Assembly (NCBI GenBank): GCA_035390885.1
Contig: DAOOUW010000003.1
Span: forward strand, 1,432-65,431
Length of the DNA: 64,000 nucleotides
Reading direction: 5' to 3'
DNA from: Bacteroidota bacterium
GTDB lineage: Bacteria; Bacteroidota; Ignavibacteria; UBA10030
Below are positions 9,988-18,387 of the stretch, one piece after another. Numbering within the stretch: position 1 is the first letter of the stretch; each line of letters starts with the position of its first letter. A model generated the notes under the pieces. That model did not search any database and was not told the DNA's origin. It saw only the letters and a program-made list of their open reading frames with translations. Position numbers and translations under genes: made by a program.

Positions 9988-11259
9988 TTAAAATTCTTCA
10001 CCAGCTTCTCGACGAATATCTGCGCCTAATTGTTGAAGTTTCATTTCTACAGCTTCATAGCCGCGATCGATATGGTAGACGCGAAGCACTTCCGTCGTTC
10101 CTTCGGCAACAAAACCTGCAAGAATTAGCGATGCGCTTGCGCGGAGATCGGTGGACATAACTTTTGCGCCGGTAAGTTTTGGAACGCCGACAACCGTGGC
10201 GACGTTTTCTTTCATAGTAATGTCTGCGCCGAGTCGTATGAGTTCTGGCACGTGCATAAATCGGTCAAAGTAAATTGTATCTGTTACAACGCTTGTGCCG
10301 GTGGAAAGAGCCATTAGAGCAATCCACTGCGCTTGCATGTCTGTCGGAAATCCCGGATAGATTGCAGTCGTAACATTGACAGGACGAATTTCTTCCGGAG
10401 GAACAATTTCAACCCAATCATTTCCAACAGTAATCCCTGCGCCGACATCTTCGAGCTTTACCAGCAATGCGCCAATGTGTTTAGGATTGCAGCGCTCGAT
10501 TCGAACTTTTCCTCCTTTTTTTCCAGCTAAAGCTCCAGCAATCAAAAAAGTGCCGGCTTCAATGCGATCCGGAATTGTAGTAATATCGGCAGGATGAAGT
10601 TCATCAACGCCTTCGATTTCTAAACGACCGGTGCCAATTCCATTGATTTTCGCGCCCATTGAGTTAAGAAACTCCGCTAGCTGTACAATCTCTGGCTCTT
10701 GGGCGGCATTCTCAATCAATGTTGTGCCTTTTGCAAGCGCTGCTGCCATAAGTACATTTCCCGTTGCCCCAACGCTTGAAATATCAAAGAGAATACGCGC
10801 ACCGTGAAGCCGTTGCGCTGATGCAAAAATGTATCCTGATTCGAGTTCAACAGTTGCGCCTAATTTTCGTATCCCTTCGATATGAAGATTGACTGGACGA
10901 GGTCCCCACGCACATCCGCCGGGTAACGAAACTTTTGCTTTGCCAAATCTCCCAACTAATGGACCAAGCACATAGATGGAGGCGCGCATTTTTTTAACGA
11001 GCTCATAAGGCGCTTCGAAATTATCGATGTGTTTTGTATCGATTGTCAGCGTATGGTCAACGAACGAAACATTCACGCCCATACTTTCCAGCAATTGACC
11101 CATCGTTGTAATATCACGGAGATGAGGCGTGTTGTGGAGATTGAATTGTCCAGAAGCAAGAAGCGTAGCTGGCATCAAAGCAAGAGAAGCATTTTTTGCG
11201 CCGCTAATTTCTACTTTCCCTTCCAGCGGCTTACAGCCTTGAATTACAAACTTATCCAC
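9988..11259 (-). CDS. murA: UDP-N-acetylglucosamine 1-carboxyvinyltransferase
   Basis: MDKFVIQG..LEGKVEISGAKNASLALMPATLLA, the active-site loop LPGGCAWGPRPVNLH, and YPGFPTDMQAQ. Confidence 0.95.
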   Translation of the reverse strand: MDKFVIQGCKPLEGKVEISGAKNASLALMPATLLASGQFNLHNTPHLRDITTMGQLLESMGVNVSFVDHTLTIDTKHIDNFEAPYELVKKMRASIYVLGPLVGRFGKAKVSLPGGCAWGPRPVNLHIEGIRKLGATVELESGYIFASAQRLHGARILFDISSVGATGNVLMAAALAKGTTLIENAAQEPEIVQLAEFLNSMGAKINGIGTGRLEIEGVDELHPADITTIPDRIEAGTFLIAGALAGKKGGKVRIERCNPKHIGALLVKLEDVGAGITVGNDWVEIVPPEEIRPVNVTTAIYPGFPTDMQAQWIALMALSTGTSVVTDTIYFDRFMHVPELIRLGADITMKENVATVVGVPKLTGAKVMSTDLRASASLILAGFVAEGTTEVLRVYHIDRGYEAVEMKLQQLGADIRREAGEEF

Positions 11260-11334
11260 GGAATATTCCTTTCAACTTGTGTTTGCCAAAAATATAGCTG
11301 AAGAATGAATGAAAAACAAAGATGTGTAATATTC

Positions 11335-11442
11335 TACTCACGGGTAAACCCGTGGGTTGCAAGCTGGTTGTAATCGGCGGCTTCGATACGTGCTATCGCT
11401 CACCTCGCCTCAGTTGATGAGTACCAAAGAGTGTATCGAACT
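11335..11442 (-). repeat. Intergenic repeat family copy (truncated core plus CACGGGTAAACCCGTG module)
   Basis: CGGCGGCTTCGATACGTGCTATCGCTCACCTC...GTGTATCGAAC aligns with the copies at 15861 and 56433. It is preceded by ATGAAAAACAAAG and ACTCACGGGTAAACCCGTGGGTTGCAAG, which recur at 43245-43282. Confidence 0.7.
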
Positions 11443-11469
11443 TACTACATTTAAGGATATATCTTCCTT

Positions 11470-14400
11470 TTACTTCCACTCACACAATGAATCTACATAC
11501 TCCGCTGAACCATCTCTCAACCAACCATCAAGTTGAGCTGGCTCTTTCAGTTGTTGCCCACGGAAGCGAGGCACAACAACATACGAGCATTTCAATTCCG
11601 GCAATGCTGTCATATCGCCCCAGAGTTTTTCATACTGAAGCGTTGGATACACATCTTCCTGACCTTTTCCCCAACGCTTCTTCACATTTTTCAAAGTGAT
11701 GTACGTTGGCATCCTCGACGCAATTGTACGAACTGCCTCGGTTACTTTTTGCTCATCCTTCAATGAATCTCTGGTAAGTCCAAAGACACTGAATATTTGA
11801 TCAATATCAATCCAGTATGTCGCTGAATTGTAGTATGACAAATTAAATTCATCTTCTTCATGCGGCAATGCAATGCCTTCAACCAAACGAATTCTGCCGT
11901 CAATTTTTGCTAATCCACCGCCGCGATCGTCTATTCTCCGTTGAATGACTTCTGCAGTCATTGCGGCTTTTGATTCAATCTGCCATCCAAGGAGAGCAGG
12001 ATCAAGGTTTGCTCCCAATGTATCAATGTTGTGAATAAGAAGATATCGTACTGATGGATAATCCGACAACAACTTTGCCAGAACGCCATTACGGAAAAGA
12101 TTTGGTATTTCATACCAATGTCCAACAGGATGCAGACATTGGAATGGTAGATTATCTGTATAATCACTCGCCTCACCGGTTTTCTGAGCCCACTCCATCA
12201 GTGAAGCATGGAGACTCTCTAAAACTTTTTGAGCTTGTTCATCCAACAATTGCTGTGGCATTTCCTGCCATGCAAATGTGAGGTCTCGAATTGTCGGCAC
12301 CAGACGCAAACCAACATTTCTTCCGGGTGAAAGAAATACCTCGCCTTCGTACCTATAATTTCCCTCTGCTTGTAAAACATCTTGAATTGCTGTATGAGTT
12401 AGGTAACTTGTAGAAATGATATGCGGTATTTTGACTCCGAATGTTCTGTTCGTTCTTCGACTTTTTGCTAAGTGAGTCTCGAGGAATGTTCTATAAACTC
12501 CGCTAAACTTTGCAAAAGGATTCAAAGCCTTCACCGTTCCCGCGCCTTTTGTCCATCTGGTTCCTGCTCCTGCTGCAAGCGTAAGCGCCGCAACAGCTCC
12601 AGAGGCAATTGCATCAGAGCCAATCGATTCATACTGTGGGAACGACTTCTCTGTAAAATCAAAAACCTCATCTTTCTTTACATCCGTAATGAACGTATTG
12701 ACTGGAAGGCGATTTTGCGAAAGCCCAATTCTGCCATTTCTTAAATCAGTCTTAATTTGTTCATGTTGAATTCGGTCGAATCCTAATTGCTGTAACAATT
12801 CATCCAAACTACGATCTTGAGCGCTCTGCACACTACTTACAGGAAGAATGCGATCGATAATTTGTTGAAACATTCCTTCGTAGGATGGATTTGTTTTGCA
12901 AATGAATGTAAAATGCTCAAGCTCGTTTCGTTGTTCCTGCGTAATCGTATGTGGATCCTGGCGAATGATCGAGGGAATCATAAGCGCATAGTACTGCTTC
13001 GGCATCAGCGCATCTGCATTTGTTAGAATTTCACTCCATGTTCCTTTTTCATTAATCGAAAAATCGTAAACGACTGGTTCTATGGCAAATGGAATTCCTT
13101 TTTCGAATCGCTTCTTCTGTTCCTTCATAATTTCTTCGAGCCGAATTTGAGCCTCAGATTTTTGTGAAGGATCGAAAAGGAATCCCATTCCACCGCCCGA
13201 CATTCCACCCAACATCCAGAATCCCCAGAACTTATTTCCAAACTCTGCTTTCACTCTTTCAATAATCGCTTCGGTATATATGTTCGATGCCCATGGAATA
13301 ATCGTTTGGATTGGACCAAAAAAGTTTTCATGCGTCAGTTTTCCAAGCTGAGAGATATTTCCTTTCTTCAATTCCCCAAGGATTTCATCGAAGAGCTCGA
13401 GCGCTTTCAACCGTCCTTTCCATTCCCGCTCAAGTCGAAGCAAATATCGTTCAGTTACCATTTCGAGAATTGGACCGACATCCTGTGCCATTCCTCCATG
13501 GACGAGGATTAAACTGTTCTGAAGTTTCATCCGCGTTTTTTCGGAAACCTCATTGTAATCTAAAATGGTATGACGTGGAAGTAAACAGCCCCGACTTACT
13601 CCAAATTCAATATCGCCTTCCTGACTTTTTACTCCTTCGATGAGTTTAATTCCAGGCCAGACACCACCCGAATCCTGCCATCCACCGCCAGAGCCGCCGA
13701 GCCATTCGCCAAGAATTGCTCTTGCTGCAACGGTACGCCGTTCGATTTCCGATAACGAGCCTGTCAGCGAGCCAATTTGTCCTGTTGCACGCATACAAAC
13801 TGTAATAATAGAAGCAAGTAATGTTGTTGACACAGCTAACCGAGAACCTTTTGGGATTCCATTGACCTGACTTACTATTTCAATTCCGAGTCCTGGTCCG
13901 ACTAATTGCTCCAACAAATCGGCAATTGGCTGATTCGTGCCTTCCATACTGGATGGAACAATTCCGGAAGCAATGACAGCAGCTTTTAATAAACCAAGAT
14001 AATCCGCAGCAAAATCGAACAATTGACGGAACGTCGTTATTTCCGAAACTGCGCCAAGATCAGTACTCACTAAACGGATTATCGGTTCTTCAATTACCCG
14101 AAAGAATACTTCTACGGGAGGTTGAGGAGTATGAGTGCGCTCTCCTCCTCGTACAGAAAGATCAATTGAAATGTTGAGGACGCGGGCTCCTTCGGGAAAA
14201 TCCATTCCAAGGAAGAAAATATCGCTCCATCCGCTATGGGATAAATCCATCCGCACAGGAGTTTGTTCGTGAAGAATTGGATACAGTTTATTCTTCTTCT
14301 GCGTCAAGACTTGCTTTATTCGTAAGGGATGATCGGATGGATGTCCGATACGAAACATCCACTGATTTCCTCGAACTGAACGCACACTTACCTTTACCTG

Positions 14401-14790
14401 ATTTGCAAGAGTTTGAAACCCTAGATTCCTATATGCTTCTGCGAGTGCGCTCGAGAGTCCATCGCTTGGTCCATTTCTCTTTTGTGCAGAAAGAAATTTT
14501 TGAATTGCTTCTTCAAATCGACGATAGAGAATATCCTCATACGCATCGAACGGAATTGTACCACCTTTTGGAAATCCTTTCTTCATCGGCAAATAAAATC
14601 GATGAATCGCATAGAGAAAGAAAAGCGCTCGAACTTGTTCGTAGAGATTATTACTCGTCATCCGAAACTCTTCGAGACTTTTACATTCGTTTAATAATTC
14701 ATCAATTGTTGCAGAGCTACAAAAAGTTTCTAAGGATTGATTCCGAATTTCAGGATTATCTGATACAATATACTCAATCAATTTGCTCAT
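11470..14790 (-). CDS. Fusion protein: unknown N-domain + fucokinase-like GHMP sugar kinase + UDPGP-type nucleotide-sugar pyrophosphorylase
   Basis: GHMP motifs IPKGSRLAVSTTLLAS, GGSGGGWQDSGGVWPGIK (fucokinase-like GGGWQD) and GGMSGGGMGFLFDP. The C-terminal half has LAAGAGTRWTKGAGTVKALNPF and LLIHNIDTLGANLDP, typical of the UDPGP family. Confidence 0.75.
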   Translation of the reverse strand: MSKLIEYIVSDNPEIRNQSLETFCSSATIDELLNECKSLEEFRMTSNNLYEQVRALFFLYAIHRFYLPMKKGFPKGGTIPFDAYEDILYRRFEEAIQKFLSAQKRNGPSDGLSSALAEAYRNLGFQTLANQVKVSVRSVRGNQWMFRIGHPSDHPLRIKQVLTQKKNKLYPILHEQTPVRMDLSHSGWSDIFFLGMDFPEGARVLNISIDLSVRGGERTHTPQPPVEVFFRVIEEPIIRLVSTDLGAVSEITTFRQLFDFAADYLGLLKAAVIASGIVPSSMEGTNQPIADLLEQLVGPGLGIEIVSQVNGIPKGSRLAVSTTLLASIITVCMRATGQIGSLTGSLSEIERRTVAARAILGEWLGGSGGGWQDSGGVWPGIKLIEGVKSQEGDIEFGVSRGCLLPRHTILDYNEVSEKTRMKLQNSLILVHGGMAQDVGPILEMVTERYLLRLEREWKGRLKALELFDEILGELKKGNISQLGKLTHENFFGPIQTIIPWASNIYTEAIIERVKAEFGNKFWGFWMLGGMSGGGMGFLFDPSQKSEAQIRLEEIMKEQKKRFEKGIPFAIEPVVYDFSINEKGTWSEILTNADALMPKQYYALMIPSIIRQDPHTITQEQRNELEHFTFICKTNPSYEGMFQQIIDRILPVSSVQSAQDRSLDELLQQLGFDRIQHEQIKTDLRNGRIGLSQNRLPVNTFITDVKKDEVFDFTEKSFPQYESIGSDAIASGAVAALTLAAGAGTRWTKGAGTVKALNPFAKFSGVYRTFLETHLAKSRRTNRTFGVKIPHIISTSYLTHTAIQDVLQAEGNYRYEGEVFLSPGRNVGLRLVPTIRDLTFAWQEMPQQLLDEQAQKVLESLHASLMEWAQKTGEASDYTDNLPFQCLHPVGHWYEIPNLFRNGVLAKLLSDYPSVRYLLIHNIDTLGANLDPALLGWQIESKAAMTAEVIQRRIDDRGGGLAKIDGRIRLVEGIALPHEEDEFNLSYYNSATYWIDIDQIFSVFGLTRDSLKDEQKVTEAVRTIASRMPTYITLKNVKKRWGKGQEDVYPTLQYEKLWGDMTALPELKCSYVVVPRFRGQQLKEPAQLDGWLRDGSAEYVDSLCEWK

Positions 14791-15662
14791 TGAGTATTCC
14801 TTTCACCCGAGCGTTGATCTCGAAGAAGGAGTATTTCCATAATCATCGAAATAACCTGATCCCGTTCTTTGCCACTAAGGGAAAACGCAAGTTGTGCATT
14901 GAGAAGTCCATATTTAACGCCAATATTGTAGCGATGATCGTTCATTTCGAGAGCAAGGTACTTTTCTCTCTTCGTTAATTCCTGAAGCGCTGTTGATAAA
15001 GTACCCTGTTCTTTATTCTTATCATCATTGTTGTTCATTTCGTCTTCGAGAATTTCCATCACCATTGGCGTCAGGACATGGATACCAAAGAAACATAAGT
15101 AAAAACCTGCTCGTAACCCTGGTACAATCAAAGATTGCTCGGCTTCAGTTGGCGTTGGTTTTTCAATCACTCGATCCACAATGTAAAGATCATTCTTTCC
15201 TTGAACTCGTTTTCCACTGACAGCTCCATAGTTTGAGAGAAACACTTCGCGCGTAGCCTGAACTGCCGATACGGTGCAAGATTCAGCTTCAGCCATTTCA
15301 ACTACTCTCTGCGCGCATCCTTTTTGAGCGGAGCTTAAAAACAAATGATCGCCAATTAAATGAAGAAATGGTTCTCCTCGTACAAAATCTTTTGCACACA
15401 AAATTGCATGTCCATATCCTTTCGGTTCTTCCTGCTCAACAAATGTCAGATATCGGGCATGTTCTCCGGCAACAGAATAGAACGCACTTTTATCATCCGG
15501 ATGAACAACAATGCAAATATCTTTTACACCAGCTCGAACAACTTCATCGAGAATAATTGTGAGCACCGATTTCTGTTGTCCATCTCTGTCAATGAGCGTT
15601 TGAAGCGGCAGGTTCCTCTGTCCCTTCCCTGCAGCTGTTATTACAGCTTTTGTAATTTTCAT
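14787..15662 (-). CDS. Sugar-1-phosphate nucleotidyltransferase, divergent GalU/RmlA-like
   Basis: MKITKAVITAAGKGQRNLPLQTL resembles the GxGTRxLPxTK NTP-transferase loop, with GKGQR in place of GxGTR. Its stop overlaps the downstream start as ATGA (14787-14790). Start at ATG 15662, which begins the conserved N-terminus. Confidence 0.7.
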   Translation of the reverse strand: MKITKAVITAAGKGQRNLPLQTLIDRDGQQKSVLTIILDEVVRAGVKDICIVVHPDDKSAFYSVAGEHARYLTFVEQEEPKGYGHAILCAKDFVRGEPFLHLIGDHLFLSSAQKGCAQRVVEMAEAESCTVSAVQATREVFLSNYGAVSGKRVQGKNDLYIVDRVIEKPTPTEAEQSLIVPGLRAGFYLCFFGIHVLTPMVMEILEDEMNNNDDKNKEQGTLSTALQELTKREKYLALEMNDHRYNIGVKYGLLNAQLAFSLSGKERDQVISMIMEILLLRDQRSGERNTQ

Positions 15663-15804
15663 ACTGAACCCTTTGTGATATTGTAAATTCAAAAGAGAAA
15701 AATCAATTCCAAGCCCAAAACAAATGACTTCTACTTTTATAATTTGTAAAAGATTATCCTCTTGTGCAAAGATTATTCTTCTTCAATATATACAATAATG
15801 ATAG

Positions 15805-15947
15805 CAGTAATGAAGATGAAGAGAAATAATAAAGTAGGAGAAAGGAAGTGTGATCAAAATGGTTGCTTCAATACAAGCTATCGCTCACCTCAGCCACCGT
15901 CAGAAATTGGTCGCTGAGGTGTTGTAAGGCATATCGAAGCAACCATC
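15805..15947 (-). repeat. Full copy of the intergenic palindromic repeat (core 15861-15943 plus AT-rich flank module)
   Basis: GGTTGCTTCAATACAAGCTATCGCTCACCTCAGCCACCGTCAGAAATTGGTCGCTGAGGTGTTGTAAGGCATATCGAAGCAACC folds as a long hairpin. The reverse complement of 15805-15860 aligns with the ATTTTGGTT..TTCTTTCGCCT..ATTATTT.ACTTCATCTTA flank of the copies at 44592 and 62827. Confidence 0.85.
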
Positions 15948-15972
15948 TATGTCTTTAATTCATAATTCGAGT

Positions 15973-18375
15973 TTATTTAAGAAGAAGCAATTTCTTCACC
16001 TGAAGCTGCGAACCAGCTTGCAAATACGCAAAATAGATGCCACTCGGTAGAGATGAGCCATCGAAAACTACTCGATGTTCACCTGGCTCTTCCTCTCTAT
16101 TTACCAGCGCCGATAATTCCTCCCCAAGAATATTATAAATCTTTAATGATACATGAAGGCGGGAACGTACCGAATAAACAATCGTTGTCGTTGGATTGAA
16201 TGGGTTTGGAAAATTTTGTTCCAGGTACACAGAACCAGGAGTAGAAACGCTTGCATTTTCAACCTTATCAATGAGTCCATATTCAAAACATCCAAGATCA
16301 GGCGCACTGCCAGCATACGGTATTCCAACATCTACCCCAGCATCTATGAATTGACTTGTTGACGCAAGATGCATAAAAGGAACGTCGGGTAAACTTCCAT
16401 CCGGATTACGCGGTCCTCGCACGCCAGCAGTATCAACAGAAACAAAATCATTTGCAGTTGCTCCGGTAAACGGCGATAGCCAGCTATTCTTCTCCTGAAT
16501 TGTAGAACTCCAGATTTTACCATAGCTACCAAGCACAATACAATTTTTGATTGTTAATGTTTGGTCAGTCGTTAAAGGACCAGGAACCCCAAAGTTATAA
16601 CCACCATTACGATACGCAGTACAATTAAAGAGCGTCATCGAACCACGGTTGTTATTCTCATCAAATCCTTTTGCAAGATTATCAAATGCAAGACATTTCC
16701 GAAGAGTCATGATATGCCGTAAATTATCTGCATTTGAGTTATCGCCTCCTCCCATTTTAAATCCGTTGCCATTCCCTTTACCTGCAGAACCATCTTTCAA
16801 ATATCCATTCCGAAAGCTCCAGCAATTTTCAATCGTTGTTACCACACTGTCTGCGGGACGAAGATATCCATCCCATCCATCATCAGAGTTCTGCCATGCG
16901 CGACATCCATAGAAATAATTTCCCGTCCCGACATCTAACTTTGGCGCAAATCCGTCAGCATCTCCATCGGTCGCATCTCGATTATAATATGAATCACAAT
17001 TGATGATTCTATTGTAAGCTCCACCGCTTGCAATCTGAAGACCCGTATTTCGATTTTCATAGAACGAACAAAATTCTACAATGTTATAATTCCCGGTAAT
17101 GCGCATACCATTACCTGAAGAACCATAAATATCTATCCCTTTGATATACCAATAAGAACCTGAGAGCTGAATACCATAGCCAGATATTTGAGATGAAAAA
17201 TTCAATAGGGGCCGTTCCGTGTCTTTTGGATAGCCCACAATAATCATTCGAGAATCGGCTGTACCGCTCTTCGATAATGATACAGTCGAAGTTAGAGCAT
17301 AATTACCTCCTCGAACGAAAATTGTATCGCCAGGTATTGCAACGCTCACAGCTTTTGAAATTGTAGAAAATGGCGAATCGAATGTGCCGGCGTTGGCATC
17401 ATTTCCATTCGTTGCCACAAAAATACCAAGGATATAATCCGCTGAGACTGCTGTACCAGAAACATTCAGAGTAAGAGAAGCAGCGCCTCCACCTGAAATC
17501 GAAATCGTGCCACTGTAATCTCCTTCTGATGCTGGTGAAAATCGTGCATAGATAGTTGTTGCCGATAGAACTCCTCCTGTGTACGGTACATTGATTGAAG
17601 AACTAAAGTCATTATTTGAATTTGATGAGACTAAAAATCCTTCAGGTGCAGAGATTGTAATCGTTCCATCTTGAGGATGAAGATCTGTTCCGCTTACAGT
17701 AAAGTTCTTCTGGCGAAATGCGTTGACGTTGATAGTACCAAAAGATAATGAATTTGGTGAAACGACAAGAGAACCTGTACCAACCGCGGCAACCGATCCT
17801 GCAATTGTAACATTCTGCAATCCAACCGATTTTGTCGAACACACAGCCGTTGCCCATGGATAAATTAGCAAATAAAATGAATTACCATTTGGAATTAGAA
17901 CGTTAGGAGAATACGAATACAAAGTACCATCGGTATTCGCTAATGTTATTGCCGATTGCAATAGTGTTCGAGATGAAAAATTGTTACTTGAATCTGTTGC
18001 ATAATATATGCTTGCCTTAATATAACTTGATGATCCCGACCAGCCTATTCTGAACGAGACTGTAGAAATAGTAAGCGAGTATCCTTCGTTGGGCGCAACT
18101 CGAAATGCAAGATATCGAGTTAGATTTTCACCAGTTTCGGCAACCCAATTACCGCCAGCATCTGGCCCATTTTTTTGGTAGGCGCCGTACGTTGATGAAG
18201 TAGAATAACTCCGGACAACCATATTACTCCTAAAAACTGAATCAGCAACAATAGGACCATCGACGGTTGGATTATTACTCGATGAAAGCGGCCATGTAGC
18301 TGTTACACTTTGCGCCGCTGAATGCGTTGTAAATATGCCACTAAGAAATGCCAATGTAAATATAAATCGTTTCAT
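15973..18375 (-). CDS. Secreted right-handed beta-helix pectate lyase (PL9-like) with T9SS C-terminal sorting domain
   Basis: Signal peptide. DATDGDADGFAPK, NSDDGWDGY and GNGNGFKMGGG resemble PL9 lyases. The C-terminus LEQNFPNPFNPTTTIVYSV...GIYFAYLQAG..VKKLLLLK is a T9SS CTD. Confidence 0.75.
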   Translation of the reverse strand: MKRFIFTLAFLSGIFTTHSAAQSVTATWPLSSSNNPTVDGPIVADSVFRSNMVVRSYSTSSTYGAYQKNGPDAGGNWVAETGENLTRYLAFRVAPNEGYSLTISTVSFRIGWSGSSSYIKASIYYATDSSNNFSSRTLLQSAITLANTDGTLYSYSPNVLIPNGNSFYLLIYPWATAVCSTKSVGLQNVTIAGSVAAVGTGSLVVSPNSLSFGTINVNAFRQKNFTVSGTDLHPQDGTITISAPEGFLVSSNSNNDFSSSINVPYTGGVLSATTIYARFSPASEGDYSGTISISGGGAASLTLNVSGTAVSADYILGIFVATNGNDANAGTFDSPFSTISKAVSVAIPGDTIFVRGGNYALTSTVSLSKSGTADSRMIIVGYPKDTERPLLNFSSQISGYGIQLSGSYWYIKGIDIYGSSGNGMRITGNYNIVEFCSFYENRNTGLQIASGGAYNRIINCDSYYNRDATDGDADGFAPKLDVGTGNYFYGCRAWQNSDDGWDGYLRPADSVVTTIENCWSFRNGYLKDGSAGKGNGNGFKMGGGDNSNADNLRHIMTLRKCLAFDNLAKGFDENNNRGSMTLFNCTAYRNGGYNFGVPGPLTTDQTLTIKNCIVLGSYGKIWSSTIQEKNSWLSPFTGATANDFVSVDTAGVRGPRNPDGSLPDVPFMHLASTSQFIDAGVDVGIPYAGSAPDLGCFEYGLIDKVENASVSTPGSVYLEQNFPNPFNPTTTIVYSVRSRLHVSLKIYNILGEELSALVNREEEPGEHRVVFDGSSLPSGIYFAYLQAGSQLQVKKLLLLK

Positions 18376-18387
18376 GATTGTCTTTCT

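Noticed and set aside
14277-14978. 233-aa plus-strand ORF spanning the junction of the kinase-UDPGP fusion and the GalU-like gene
   Set aside because: It is antisense to two ORFs that have clear family motifs. Its own translation has no motif, no SD and a biased composition, so it is a shadow ORF.
16193-16219. 27-nt identity (GGATTGAATGGGTTTGGAAAATTTTGT) between the PL9-like gene and the PL1 gene (18608-18634)
   Set aside because: Both stretches encode the conserved T9SS CTD motif NFPNPFNPT on the minus strand. This is domain conservation or local gene conversion, not a mobile element. The third CTD (about 63600) encodes the motif with different codons.
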